Source of the DNA: a virus
IMG/VR virus record: IMGVR_UViG_3300023106_000010
Coordinates: 22,911-86,910 of that record
Length of the DNA: 64,000 nt
Direction: 5' to 3' (one strand)
Below the pieces are notes generated by a model that was given only the letters and a program-made list of their open reading frames with translations, searched no databases and was not told the DNA's origin. Positions 17,886 to 27,556 of the stretch are shown piece by piece; position 1 is the stretch's first letter; each line of letters opens with the position of its first letter. The translations under genes and the position numbers were made by a program.

Positions 17886-18450
17886 ATTTCTCCAAATAAA
17901 TTTCTCGTGTTTCTGCAAACTCTTTATATTCTTCCATGGTCTTCAAAGCACCGGAGCTATTATATACCGGACCTCGAATACTAACAAGAATATCATTCAA
18001 CTCTGCAATCTTCTTTTCTTCAGCTTCCCAGTCTTCTTCCAACTGGTCCTGCGGGAGTACCGCCCGGTCTTCCTGCCAATCTAAGCTGTCGTTATCATTA
18101 AGATATTCTGCCCAGTCTCTAGTTTTGAAAGACAGTTCAGCTATTTCTGTCATTTTAGACGGGTCGGAAAAACTCGAAATAATCAACCTTTCTGTAATAC
18201 CTGCCAAGTAACTGTTTCGATACTCAACATCACAGCGTACCTCCCCACACAACCTGTATCCTGTGACAACTTTGTTTTGCAAGTTGCGGTGCTTATTTGC
18301 AAAGTATGCCATAGGATACTCTACATCAATGCCAATCTGGTGTGCATACTTTGCAACGAGTGGATCGTTTTCAATTCTCACAATGTCGAATTCCGACATT
18401 TCTGAGAGTTCTGTGATTAGTTGTAAATCTGAAACTGAGATGCAAATCAT
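17875..18450 (-). CDS. Conserved hypothetical phage protein
   Basis: Coupled by ATGA overlap to the upstream HNH gene; KHRNLQNKVV.GYR motif. Confidence 0.7.
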   Translation of the reverse strand: MICISVSDLQLITELSEMSEFDIVRIENDPLVAKYAHQIGIDVEYPMAYFANKHRNLQNKVVTGYRLCGEVRCDVEYRNSYLAGITERLIISSFSDPSKMTEIAELSFKTRDWAEYLNDNDSLDWQEDRAVLPQDQLEEDWEAEEKKIAELNDILVSIRGPVYNSSGALKTMEEYKEFAETREIYLEKYDC

Positions 18451-19046
18451 TCTTCCTCCTTGTACTTCCAATTTTCTAGTGCAGTAATTACCCGCGCATC
18501 GACCAAGAACTCTCCAGACCTCAACCTTTCAGTCCACCTCAAAGCCTCATCTTGTTTCGCAGATTTGTAAGCACCGAATGCTTCTTGGTACGTTCCAAAA
18601 TTACCTAAATATTTTCTGCCAATCCCATCTTGATTGACTCTAGCCATAAATTTCCCATGATTCTTCGCAACGCCTGTGGGATAAGGACCAACACTCGAAG
18701 CTGACAGAAAACTGTTGAGGCTTGTAGGCACAAGTACGCAGAACTTTTCACCGTAGACTTTGTTGCCGGGAACGAGGATATCTTTGTCTAAGTCGTATTT
18801 AAGCTCCCCATAACCCACCTGTTTACTGTACCAATCCGCAAAGTATTGAAAGTCTAAAAATTCTTCAGATACAGTGCAACCAATATAAGTGGGTCGTTTT
18901 TTGTGATATTTACTTCTCTCTACACAACGAGATTTCATATCTTGCCAAGTCTGATTTGCTTTAGTCTTGTATTGAACCCCGTTGACAATATAGGTTGAAA
19001 TCCACCTCCCAGAAGAATCTTTCGCATCTGGTGCAAGAAGTGCCAT
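18447..19046 (-). CDS. HNH-type homing endonuclease with AP2-like C-terminal domain
   Basis: W.DM..RC...PTY.GCTV.EEF..FQ.F..W, LDKDIL..GNKVY...C.LVP..LN, YLG.F....EAF.AY. Confidence 0.85.
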   Translation of the reverse strand: MALLAPDAKDSSGRWISTYIVNGVQYKTKANQTWQDMKSRCVERSKYHKKRPTYIGCTVSEEFLDFQYFADWYSKQVGYGELKYDLDKDILVPGNKVYGEKFCVLVPTSLNSFLSASSVGPYPTGVAKNHGKFMARVNQDGIGRKYLGNFGTYQEAFGAYKSAKQDEALRWTERLRSGEFLVDARVITALENWKYKEEE

Positions 19047-19426
19047 CAGTAGGCCTTCCCACCAGCAGCCTCACGAGACTCTTTCTTGTGATCCTGACGA
19101 TTCTTATTATACTCCATCTTCTCCACAACAGCACCGCCCAAGTCCATGTTGTAAGCTCCCGCCAAATCGCAAATACGAATCAGAGCGTCCGCCAACTCCA
19201 CTTCTCGCATATCTCGGTGAGGTAGCTTATCATCAGGACAATCTTTGCGATCACCTTCCATTGCTTCAGAAATCTCACTGTGAATCAGACACAGTTTATT
19301 GGAAAAACACATTGGGTTCAGGGTTGTGCTGTTACCCTCTTTGTCGGTCCACCAACCAGCATCGAAAGAAGCTTTGTGGCATGCGTCTACTACGTTGTTA
19401 ATTTCAATCTTCATAATACTCCTCAA
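19046..19426 (-). CDS. MazG-like NTP pyrophosphohydrolase
   Basis: LIHSEISEAMEG.RK...EVELADALIRI.DLAG...K..YN..R.DH. Confidence 0.9.
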   Translation of the reverse strand: MRSIMKIEINNVVDACHKASFDAGWWTDKEGNSTTLNPMCFSNKLCLIHSEISEAMEGDRKDCPDDKLPHRDMREVELADALIRICDLAGAYNMDLGGAVVEKMEYNKNRQDHKKESREAAGGKAY

Positions 19427-19670
19427 ATGGATTTTCCAAATCTAAACTTACTAACCAAATCTTTAATCCTTCTGTCAAAGGCAGAGCAACATTATACTTG
19501 AAAGCTTCCCCATTCACAACAATATCTTCAACACTAATAACTACAGTATTATCAAAATCAAAGATTGTTGGAAATGTCTGGTGATTCTTTACAAGTGCTA
19601 CTCTGCCATAAGAAATTAGAATTAAGGAGATTGGCAATCCCACTAATGGCACTTGTAGTTGTTTCATCAC
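19404..19670 (-). CDS. Hypothetical protein
   Basis: Fills the gap with overlaps to both neighbours. Confidence 0.5.
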   Translation of the reverse strand: MMKQLQVPLVGLPISLILISYGRVALVKNHQTFPTIFDFDNTVVISVEDIVVNGEAFKYNVALPLTEGLKIWLVSLDLENPFEEYYED

Positions 19671-20539
19671 AAACTCATTGCTTCTAAAATAGGGACACCA
19701 TCAATAATCAGACTAGTGCCAATAATAGGACGTTTCAAATTAGTGTTGTTGTACGCAAACGCATAACTGTCATCTGCAATCAAACAACCGCTGTTCATTG
19801 CAAAGAACAAACCATTAGGATTGGCCCAATACTTCACACCAAAGCTCTCATGGAAGTGGCCGCACACATGGCTCATAGACATCGCCTGAGAAGTTTTAAT
19901 TGCTTCAGCACTCTTGCCATGGTGAATGTAAACCTTTTGACCGTCTGGAAGGTCGATTGTTAGATCGTGTACCCACTGCCAACCATCGCCAACTTGTAAC
20001 ACTTCATTGTAGCTTTTCAGGTAGTGTCGAGGGATACCGTGAGCCTTCGACTTACGGAACACCATGCTACCATGATTACTGTCGATAATGTCCATCACTG
20101 GGAACAACTCTTCAATCTGTTTGATGATTGGCAGTGCAGCACGAAGCTCATCACCAGCACTCATCAAATCCGGGTCGCTGTCGTGAAAACTTAGTGCATG
20201 TTTGTCAAGCTCATCTCCTAGACAAATCACTCGTGTAGGATTATAACGTTCCTTCAGCATCTTCAAGAAGGGGATAGTATTCGGATGATGATACGGAATG
20301 TGCATGTCAGAAATGAACAAAATACGAGAATTGTCATGACTCTGTTTAGGTGCAGGTTCGTAATATTTCTCGTCAATACTATAAACCTCATCCAACTTCA
20401 ACTCGGAGAAATAACTACGAAGCATATCACTCACTGTGCTTTTCGGCTTATTTACTTGGATGGCAATATCGCGCCATGACATCACACCAGTGTTTGCCAA
20501 CTTAACAGCATCTTGTTCCCACTCTTTGTTATCAATCAA
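19667..20539 (-). CDS. Calcineurin-like metallophosphoesterase with N-terminal HTH-like segment
   Basis: ISDMHIPY, GDELD, SNH, HHG, GHFH motifs; N-terminal SWRDIA..VNKPKSTVSD. Confidence 0.9.
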   Translation of the reverse strand: MIDNKEWEQDAVKLANTGVMSWRDIAIQVNKPKSTVSDMLRSYFSELKLDEVYSIDEKYYEPAPKQSHDNSRILFISDMHIPYHHPNTIPFLKMLKERYNPTRVICLGDELDKHALSFHDSDPDLMSAGDELRAALPIIKQIEELFPVMDIIDSNHGSMVFRKSKAHGIPRHYLKSYNEVLQVGDGWQWVHDLTIDLPDGQKVYIHHGKSAEAIKTSQAMSMSHVCGHFHESFGVKYWANPNGLFFAMNSGCLIADDSYAFAYNNTNLKRPIIGTSLIIDGVPILEAMSL

Positions 20540-20891
20540 GCTTATTCTCCTTAAAATCCTTAGCCACTTGCTTCAAAGTATCCAACAGTTCTGTATTAGT
20601 TCTCATTTCGACCATATCACTAACATTGAACACATTATGGTGAGAACAATCGTGCAGCTTTGTTGTGTATCCATCGGTAGGGACGTAAGCCAAACCACTT
20701 GCATACGTAACAGCTTTGCCATAAGTGGGGTCAAGCTTCTCAAGATACTCCACTCGTCGTTTCAACTCTGCAATTTCTCGCTGTGCATCAAACACTACTG
20801 TTTTATTATTCATCACAACCTTTCTTAGCAAATATTTCATCAAGTGCCTTACGTCTCTGTTCAGGATTCTTACAAACATATCCATGTTCAT
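20532..20891 (-). CDS. Hypothetical protein
   Basis: ORF in operon context; true start may be near 20813. Confidence 0.55.
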   Translation of the reverse strand: MNMDMFVRILNRDVRHLMKYLLRKVVMNNKTVVFDAQREIAELKRRVEYLEKLDPTYGKAVTYASGLAYVPTDGYTTKLHDCSHHNVFNVSDMVEMRTNTELLDTLKQVAKDFKENKLD

Positions 20892-21357
20892 CCAGCAGAG
20901 CTTGCATTATACTCTTATTGGCAGGTTTCAGCAAGGAAATCTTCTCTTTTTCTATGCGAGCTTCCTCGAAAGAAATTCCCTGCTTATCTGCCACCGTATG
21001 AATATCGTGACAAGTTTTATCCAGTATGCGGAAATTTTCTACCTCGCAATAAAGATTATTAGCGAACGGCCCAATATCCTGAATAGTCAGAATACTTCCT
21101 GCACTCACCGGGAAATGATCGGCAACGCAATCTTTCATCTTGAACCACTCACCACAGATAGCGCACTGGTATTCCCACTTCTGCTGTTTGTTCGGGCCTT
21201 TGTAAGCACGTCTAGCAAGCTTGAATGCTTCAGCACGAGGAGGCCAGCGAAGAGATTTAGAGCGGAGTGCTGAACGAATCCAAGCTAGGTAAGCACTCTC
21301 TGTCATTGTTCCGCCACACCTTACCAGAGGCTCTTTAGGCTTCTTTACGGCCATCAA
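20806..21357 (-). CDS. HNH endonuclease (core replication/recombination type)
   Basis: WIRSALR...RWPP, YQCAICG.WF, VADH, L.CE..N..ILDK.CH..HT. Confidence 0.8.
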   Translation of the reverse strand: MMAVKKPKEPLVRCGGTMTESAYLAWIRSALRSKSLRWPPRAEAFKLARRAYKGPNKQQKWEYQCAICGEWFKMKDCVADHFPVSAGSILTIQDIGPFANNLYCEVENFRILDKTCHDIHTVADKQGISFEEARIEKEKISLLKPANKSIMQALLDEHGYVCKNPEQRRKALDEIFAKKGCDE

Positions 21358-22274
21358 ACAATACCCTCAATATTCAACGTAAAGAATCTACCCTCACCTT
21401 CCTTGCCAGCTTCATCCAGAGTTTTCAAAGCATCCATGACAGCCACAACTTGCTCATCGGAGTAGCAGATGTATGGCATGTCTTCTTGGCTACGATAAAC
21501 CTTATAAACCCCCTCCGAGATAAACACATCATGACCTGTGCCAGAGGTGAAGTTTTTGATGGATTCCAGAAGAGTGTTAGAGGCTTCTGCCAGTTCTTCT
21601 ACAGCTTTCTGAGCTTCGTTCATACCAACAAGTTCAATTTTAAACTCAAGAATACTAGCGTCAATCTTGTCACCTTTTTTGTACTCAACAGCCTTAGTAT
21701 ACTCAGCAATCAGCTTATCAGCATCTTCCCCAATAGAGTAATCAGGATCACGAGAATAACCGCCAGCAGAAGGGCTACTAGTGTAAAGAGCATCTTCAGA
21801 TTGCCGGCACAGGATGTCTTCAAATTTATCTGCAAAGGTTTCTGGAGACATGAAAGTACCGATATACTTATTTTCAGGAGTTTTATAAGTCTTGTCAAGC
21901 TGTCGAATAATTCGTTTAAGTTCCCCTTCAGGTTCACCAAAGTAGCTGTCATTGTAGCTCATGCAACCAGTGTACATGTTGAGTTTGTCGATACATTGAC
22001 GAGTAAAATCACCATTCAAATCACTCTCCTCAGATGCAACATACTTCTCTCCGTATCTGCTAGTTTTGATTACACTGTGGTCAGTTATAACAACCTCTAG
22101 CGAATACTTCTTCAACACTTCCAATTGGCCCTTCGTAATCGTGACTGTTTCTTTCTCGCCGTCATATTGGAGGCTGTAGTAGTAATAACTAATAGGCCAG
22201 ACGGTTGCCCATTGTCCTTGGGAGTTTTTAATGCGGGTAGTGTTAGTGTTCAATTTTAAGTTTCTCCAAAACAT
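21354..22274 (-). CDS. Hypothetical protein
   Basis: 306-aa ORF in operon context. Confidence 0.7.
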   Translation of the reverse strand: MFWRNLKLNTNTTRIKNSQGQWATVWPISYYYYSLQYDGEKETVTITKGQLEVLKKYSLEVVITDHSVIKTSRYGEKYVASEESDLNGDFTRQCIDKLNMYTGCMSYNDSYFGEPEGELKRIIRQLDKTYKTPENKYIGTFMSPETFADKFEDILCRQSEDALYTSSPSAGGYSRDPDYSIGEDADKLIAEYTKAVEYKKGDKIDASILEFKIELVGMNEAQKAVEELAEASNTLLESIKNFTSGTGHDVFISEGVYKVYRSQEDMPYICYSDEQVVAVMDALKTLDEAGKEGEGRFFTLNIEGIV

Positions 22275-23235
22275 TCTTCACAATAAACCGATCACCATCC
22301 CAGCGAGGCATGAACGCACAGTCAGCATACATCTGCCAGATTTCCATCCAATCTTTAGTGTGCAGAGAATCATCCCAAGCACGATAGGTGGTAGGCTCTG
22401 GATACCAATACTTGTACTGATTCATAACAACTACAGCAGCTTCCTTGTCTGTGGTGCAATCCTTCAGAAGCTCATAAGCACCTACATCTCCAAACTTTAC
22501 TTTAGCAAGCTCGCATGGCTTGTACGCGTCAACTGGATCACCAAACATGAATTGGAACCAGAGGAATGCTCGCCCTTTACCTTTGATGATTTTCTCATAA
22601 GTAGGATCACCATTCTTTTTCTTCTTACCAGTATCACGGAGAATTAGAGTGAGTGCACCATACCCTTCAATCAACTCCGGTTCGTCCATGGTATCCCAAT
22701 TATACAGCCAACCGGGACCATGATTGGCATCTTTGTCTGTGCTGGCCTGAATTACCACTTCACCATCTTTATATCCCTGATAAGCATACGCCACCAACAC
22801 TTCATCAGCCTCGCCTACTGCCGTCTCCGCATTGTGAAACTTAACAAGATATTCTTTAGCTTCTGCAAGATTAATAGGCTTACCAGAATCGCTGCGAGTG
22901 TTCTTATACTGAGAGGGTAGAGGAATACTCTTGCGGAAATTGTCATCTCCAGAAATCACAATATGATAGCTATCCGCTTTGCACGCCTCAATAATACTGT
23001 TCAGCTTACTCTTGATGGAACGCAGAGTATTTGCAATTGGCTCTGGCTTCCTCACAGCTTCCAAGTCATATTGGTCTGCCGCATCAGACGCCCACTCTTT
23101 AAACTTTGTTGCTGTATCAAACTCATACTTATCAAGAGTTTCTTTGTGTGTGGCAATTACGCTACGCTTCTCTGTTACGGCTGCACATTTGAAAGCCAGA
23201 AGGTCGCCATCAATTACTGCTAATCGGCCAGCCAT
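22243..23235 (-). CDS. 5'-3' exonuclease (T7 gp6/T5 D15-like flap nuclease)
   Basis: IDGDLLAF, NFR...YK.TR...KP, EADE, DKD, GDPVD. Confidence 0.9.
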   Translation of the reverse strand: MAGRLAVIDGDLLAFKCAAVTEKRSVIATHKETLDKYEFDTATKFKEWASDAADQYDLEAVRKPEPIANTLRSIKSKLNSIIEACKADSYHIVISGDDNFRKSIPLPSQYKNTRSDSGKPINLAEAKEYLVKFHNAETAVGEADEVLVAYAYQGYKDGEVVIQASTDKDANHGPGWLYNWDTMDEPELIEGYGALTLILRDTGKKKKNGDPTYEKIIKGKGRAFLWFQFMFGDPVDAYKPCELAKVKFGDVGAYELLKDCTTDKEAAVVVMNQYKYWYPEPTTYRAWDDSLHTKDWMEIWQMYADCAFMPRWDGDRFIVKNVLEKLKIEH

Positions 23236-23236
23236 C

Positions 23237-24013
23237 TTACTCTCCCTTCAACCAGAGAATATCATCTTTCTCAAAGTCTTCGTTCTCCACAACTTCAATC
23301 CCGACTTTAAGCAGCACATCATAAGCATTACCCGGCATTGCTTCATTAGCACAACTCACAACAATGTCAGGCTTCTTCTTGTACAGTGCCATAGCTGCAT
23401 CGATAGAGAAAGGAACTTCGGTATCAATCAGAGCACGCTCACCGTATTGACCACCGATAGCTGCTGCCAGATCATCCCAAGAATTCAGTTCTACTTTGTG
23501 TAGAGCCAAACCAATTCGCAGCATGTCAGCACGATTGATCTTGTATCCACGATCTTGATACTTCAGCACTCGCAGCAAGCTACCGAATGGATAACGAGTG
23601 CCCGCATGGAAACTCATATGACGTTGTGCAGCATGTTTAAAGAAGTCTTCTTGGAATACAAACTCTTCTTTGTCAATGTCGTATGCACCCATGCAAACAG
23701 TGAAGTCGAATGCATCAAATACATTTTGTACTTCTTGGAAGAAATCAAACAACATGAATTGAATGATAGCTCCATCACGATTACCAAATGTAATGGCCCT
23801 ATCTGTAGCAGCCAAGCACCACATTCCATCATCGTAAGCATTACCTACCGCAGTAATAAAATCTTTCTGAGTCTTGAAGTAGAAGTCTACATCGTTGATT
23901 GGTTGTGCTGTGAATACGCTGGTGATTGCTCCACCAGCTACAAATGCACCTTTAGGCCAAGTGTAACCGGAAGCGTCTTTAATTTGTTTTAGTTCTTTTG
24001 CATGTTGGGTCAA
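23237..24013 (-). CDS. Nucleotidyltransferase, CCA-adding/poly(A) polymerase head-like
   Basis: FVAGGAI....DVDFYF, FDFTVC, R..KY..RGY; TTG start at 24013 after AAGGAG. Confidence 0.75.
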   Translation of the reverse strand: MTQHAKELKQIKDASGYTWPKGAFVAGGAITSVFTAQPINDVDFYFKTQKDFITAVGNAYDDGMWCLAATDRAITFGNRDGAIIQFMLFDFFQEVQNVFDAFDFTVCMGAYDIDKEEFVFQEDFFKHAAQRHMSFHAGTRYPFGSLLRVLKYQDRGYKINRADMLRIGLALHKVELNSWDDLAAAIGGQYGERALIDTEVPFSIDAAMALYKKKPDIVVSCANEAMPGNAYDVLLKVGIEVVENEDFEKDDILWLKGE

Positions 24014-24031
24014 TATGTTCTCCTTGGTAAA

Positions 24032-24064
24032 CAAAAATCCCCACACCCTTTCGAGTGCAGGGAC
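24032..24064 (-). terminator. Intrinsic terminator after SSB
   Basis: Minus strand GTCCCTGCACTC-GAAA-GGGTGTGGGGAT-TTTTG. Confidence 0.75.
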
Positions 24065-24077
24065 AATTTAGTTAATG

Positions 24078-25136
24078 CTAAAAAGGCGAATCTTCGAGGT
24101 CACTGTCGTCCACAGGAGCTTGTGGCTTCTTAGGTGCAACAGCTTTAACAACCTTTGGAGTCTCAACAGCAGCCTCGCCATCTTCAGGCTTCCCATTAGG
24201 GAACTTGGTGCGAATCTCAATCAAGTCTTTGTCCGATTCTTGAATCTTCGACAGAATCTCTTTAGCCTTGTTGATGATTTCTTTCTCACCATCTTCACCG
24301 TTACGTTCTACAACCGCAGCTTGCATCTTACTACCTTGGTACTCTTCAGCCAATACGATTTTCCGTACGTCAGCCATTCGCAGCAAGTCAAACTTAGCTA
24401 CACCACCCAGTTCTTCTTTCTCTTCCAGAATATCGTCATCATCGAAGTTGACAGACAGTGCTTTAATCAGAGCCTCTGGTGGAGTCATGCTCTTGAGCAA
24501 GGGGACAGGACTCTTAAGTTTCGTATTCACATACGTCTTATCATCCTTCTTTTCAACTTTGACATTGACATCAAACATGAATGGCTTGCCGACCAGTTGA
24601 CCGATATCATTCAGCTTAGGGTTTTTATACTCTGGGCTAAAGATTACTTCACCAACCTTCTTGCCGTCCTCATACTTCACAACGTTAGCAATCTTGTAGA
24701 ACTGCGACGTGGAAGCCAGTACCCAAGCTCGCCCTTTGATGTACGCATTGGTCTTTGGGTCACGAGGTGCAACAGTGGTAAAGTTCAGACCATCAGACAT
24801 GCCGCGATTGACAGGGTGCAGCGGCAGACGAATATTCTTGACTCCAATATCACCTTCATAGTCGTGAGTTTGGTCCAGCAGGTCAACGTAGCAAGCAATC
24901 TTCTGCTCCACAGCGTCAGGCTTAGGCCAGATGATTTTATCATTACCCTCTTCGTCTTGCTCCCGATCACCAGAGTTAGTCTTAGCAAACTTAGGCTGCT
25001 TCTTATGACTGCCCAAGTCAACCAGCAGTCCAATCTGCACAGCTTGCAAACCGTCTTCTGGAATGATTGGTACAAATTCCTTCTGCTCACCAGCAGTGGT
25101 ATTACGTTCAGGTGCATTAATATTGCGTGGCTTCAT
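24078..25136 (-). CDS. Putative single-stranded DNA-binding protein
   Basis: Position in the replication block; acidic tail ending DDSDLEDSPF; LVDLG.H motif; own terminator. Confidence 0.7.
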   Translation of the reverse strand: MKPRNINAPERNTTAGEQKEFVPIIPEDGLQAVQIGLLVDLGSHKKQPKFAKTNSGDREQDEEGNDKIIWPKPDAVEQKIACYVDLLDQTHDYEGDIGVKNIRLPLHPVNRGMSDGLNFTTVAPRDPKTNAYIKGRAWVLASTSQFYKIANVVKYEDGKKVGEVIFSPEYKNPKLNDIGQLVGKPFMFDVNVKVEKKDDKTYVNTKLKSPVPLLKSMTPPEALIKALSVNFDDDDILEEKEELGGVAKFDLLRMADVRKIVLAEEYQGSKMQAAVVERNGEDGEKEIINKAKEILSKIQESDKDLIEIRTKFPNGKPEDGEAAVETPKVVKAVAPKKPQAPVDDSDLEDSPF

Positions 25137-25199
25137 TTGTTTCCTTTAGTTTATTTACGTGCTAAGTCAGCACAGACGTTTGTTGATACACAACAATTA

Positions 25200-25276
25200 T
25201 GGAACCACCGGAGGAAATCGAATCCCCTTAAAGTCCGTGTAGAAAACGGATGCATAGTCCAGTCTGCCACGGTGGT
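25200..25276 (-). tRNA. tRNA-Arg(UCU) with encoded CCA
   Basis: Minus strand: acceptor ACCACCG/CGGTGGT-T-CCA; D arm GCAG-ACTGGACT-ATGC; anticodon arm TCCGT-TTTCTAC-ACGGA; T arm GGGGA-TTCGATT-TCCTC. Confidence 0.88.
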
Positions 25277-25367
25277 ATTGTTAGTGCCTCTATGTGACCA
25301 AGAGGACTTTACCGGAGACTTGTCACGGCTTCGTAAGGCATCGCCCATACTACGTCACAGAACAGTT

Positions 25368-25396
25368 ATTATACAGATTCTTCTAACAATTGTCAA
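25368..25396 (-). promoter_or_regulatory. Consensus sigma70 promoter driving tRNA and SSB
   Basis: TTGACA-17-TATAAT, spacer box TTGTTAGAA. Confidence 0.9.
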
Positions 25397-25476
25397 GCTT
25401 TATTTATTCTCAGTAATCGCATACAGAACAATTGCAATTAGCCCAAGCCACATAAGTGTTTCGACAATGATGTTCA

Positions 25477-25719
25477 TTAGTTCTTCTCCACAGTGATGAT
25501 ACTAAAACCTCTGTCCTTCAGAATCTTACGAGCATTGCGCAAGGACTCAGCGAATTCTTCAGCTTGCTCTTTTGTCAGGAAGAACTCTGACTCGTCTTGT
25601 AAATCTGCCAAGCTGCTAAGTTTCCTTGCACTGACCCAATTCACTCGATAAGAGTCAAAGACAACAATCTCTTTAGTGTTGTTAGTCTCTGGCACAGCTT
25701 TCTTTTTAAAGAAGATCAT
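25477..25719 (-). CDS. Hypothetical protein
   Basis: 80-aa ORF in operon context. Confidence 0.6.
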   Translation of the reverse strand: MIFFKKKAVPETNNTKEIVVFDSYRVNWVSARKLSSLADLQDESEFFLTKEQAEEFAESLRNARKILKDRGFSIITVEKN

Positions 25720-25929
25720 TTAGTCTCCCTTGCTGAACCAGCGTCGGATAACATATTGTCGTCCCAAGCTGATGAATGTGTAGATAATACCAATAATGAT
25801 GTTGTCATGAATTGACACGTTATACCCAAACATAGGGAACACAACAATATTAGCAATGAAGTTAATGCTGTAGCCAACAGCAATGTTAATCCAAGCCTCT
25901 TGCCAACTACGCTTCTTACTTTGTGCCAT
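25720..25929 (-). CDS. Small 2-TM membrane protein of a common phage family
   Basis: MAQSKKRSW.EA..NI.VGY...R.Y..RRWF. Confidence 0.7.
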   Translation of the reverse strand: MAQSKKRSWQEAWINIAVGYSINFIANIVVFPMFGYNVSIHDNIIIGIIYTFISLGRQYVIRRWFSKGD

Positions 25930-26374
25930 CTTGGTCTTTCAGGTAGTAGTGCTTTGGTTGCTTGTCAGAATGTAGTTCGTGCAAACTTTTCACAATCGGT
26001 GAGAGCTTTGCAATCTCTTCTTGATAGCCTTTAAACTGTGGTCGGTCATCTACGAGAGTTCCAGCAGCACGAGCACACAACAGGATATCAACATTTGCCA
26101 GAATAGCGCCAAAGTGAGGCACACCATCAGCGCTGTCAACTTCCTCGCCGCTCATCCACTTGTCAAGATGTCGTCGGATAGCGTCAACGTAGATAGAAGC
26201 GATTACAGGCGTTGCTACAAAATTGGACAGACCGTACTTCAGCTTACCGTTCAGCTTGCCCAATGAGCCGTACGCTGTGCCTAATGGGCTGAACAGCGAC
26301 AAAGGAATACTTGACTGCCCATGGATTTGTTTAGGATTAGTTTTAGATGTGTCTTCAACCAGTTTTCCACCCAT
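25916..26374 (-). CDS. dATP/dGTP diphosphohydrolase-like domain protein (DUF5664-like)
   Basis: NPK...G....PL.L, G..KYG..N, Y.DA..RHL..W..GE..D..DG.PH. Confidence 0.75.
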   Translation of the reverse strand: MGGKLVEDTSKTNPKQIHGQSSIPLSLFSPLGTAYGSLGKLNGKLKYGLSNFVATPVIASIYVDAIRRHLDKWMSGEEVDSADGVPHFGAILANVDILLCARAAGTLVDDRPQFKGYQEEIAKLSPIVKSLHELHSDKQPKHYYLKDQDGTK

Positions 26375-26378
26375 ATAA

Positions 26379-26636
26379 TCAATCTCCCTTGAAAGGCTTG
26401 TACAAAGTGTTACGAGTCTCAAACTCACCAGTTTCTTCGTCAAATGCCACAATAGCACTCGTGTAGACAACTGGAAAGTCGTTCAAATATGCCGCAGGAT
26501 GATCCACAGTAGTAATTGTCACGCTCTTGCCAATTTCAAAATCGTTCCACCTAGCAGTGTAATGCACAACAGGCTTCACACGTTCTTTGTTCGTTGTCAC
26601 ATCTGAGTAGTAAGCTAGTTCATTATTGTATTCCAC
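26379..26636 (-). CDS. Hypothetical protein
   Basis: SD AAGGAG; V.TS.IV......FET.NT.Y motif common in phage small proteins. Confidence 0.7.
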   Translation of the reverse strand: MEYNNELAYYSDVTTNKERVKPVVHYTARWNDFEIGKSVTITTVDHPAAYLNDFPVVYTSAIVAFDEETGEFETRNTLYKPFKGD

Positions 26637-26677
26637 TTGATTCTCCTTAAATTAAGCTCTCCTGAGCTAATGTGAAC

Positions 26678-26706
26678 ATCTTATAGACAATTCTTACTGC
26701 TGTCAA
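26678..26706 (-). promoter_or_regulatory. Sigma70-type promoter
   Basis: TTGACA-17-TAAGAT. Confidence 0.65.
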
Positions 26707-26714
26707 GACAATTC

Positions 26715-27068
26715 TCAATCAATGCCAATTTCCTTGCACATCCAATCCAAACTCTTCAGAACGCCCCTTCGTTGTGTGTAGATGTCGTGCGAGGAGAAGT
26801 GAGAAATTCCTTGCTCGTTTAGCCAGTCCAGCAAAGTAAAGGCACGATATTCTCGTATCTCGTAAGCTTCATCTTCACAAGGAAGCATAACACACTTTGG
26901 TAAACGTGCAGGAACTTTGTAGGCTTTGGGAAGCTTGATTCGTATCTTTGCACGTTCTCCCCTGTTGTCGGTACGAGGAGGTTCATTCACAAGAAGGTCA
27001 ATACAGATTTGTACAATTGGTAACCAAGGAGCTTTCTTGGGGATTGTCCATGTTTTAGGTTTTGTCAT
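26715..27068 (-). CDS. Hypothetical protein
   Basis: 117-aa ORF in operon context. Confidence 0.65.
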   Translation of the reverse strand: MTKPKTWTIPKKAPWLPIVQICIDLLVNEPPRTDNRGERAKIRIKLPKAYKVPARLPKCVMLPCEDEAYEIREYRAFTLLDWLNEQGISHFSSHDIYTQRRGVLKSLDWMCKEIGID

Positions 27069-27325
27069 AGGCTGTAAGTTTTGCTGTCAAGTCTGCTAAC
27101 CTAGAATAATATTCCCTGTCATCAATTTTCTCAGCTTCCCACAAATCTGTCAATACTGATATAGCATCCCTGTAATCTTGGTAGTGCATCATTGTTTGCT
27201 CTCCTTCTCTGCAAGCCATTGCTCATGCAAAGCGTCTAGTTCGTTTTCCAATTCATCCTCAGTCATGTCATATGTGCGATAGATTTCTAGGAGTTCTTTT
27301 TCTCGTGTGTTGTATTCTTCAAGAG

Positions 27326-27556
27326 TCATTGTTCCTCCTCCACCAATTTAACATCACTCAAATCTTCTGGCAGATAAGCTACATCATCCATCCAGTCATA
27401 ATCTGGTTCAGGACACTCTACAAAATATCCAAGTTGCTTCAGAAGTTCTCTCGGATTGATTCGATGGTCTTGTACGACAAGCTTACCATCAATGTAGATG
27501 CCTATCCAATCGTCTCCGTTGTCGATGATAGTTGCTGTTTTCATTGTTCTTCCCAA
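27326..27556 (-). CDS. Hypothetical protein
   Basis: DDW.GIY.DGKL motif; operon context. Confidence 0.6.
   Translation of the reverse strand: MGRTMKTATIIDNGDDWIGIYIDGKLVVQDHRINPRELLKQLGYFVECPEPDYDWMDDVAYLPEDLSDVKLVEEEQ

Noticed and set aside
25233-25249. Possible amber suppressor tRNA (CTA in the loop), implying stop-codon recoding
   Set aside because: With the 5-bp stem TCCGT/ACGGA the 7-nt loop is TT-TCT-AC, so the anticodon is TCT (Arg); conserved genes are intact under the standard code and some end in TAG
24075-25496. 473-aa + strand ORF
   Set aside because: It is antisense to the SSB gene, tRNA and a promoter, has no SD or recognisable motifs, and is explained as a shadow frame of a codon-biased gene
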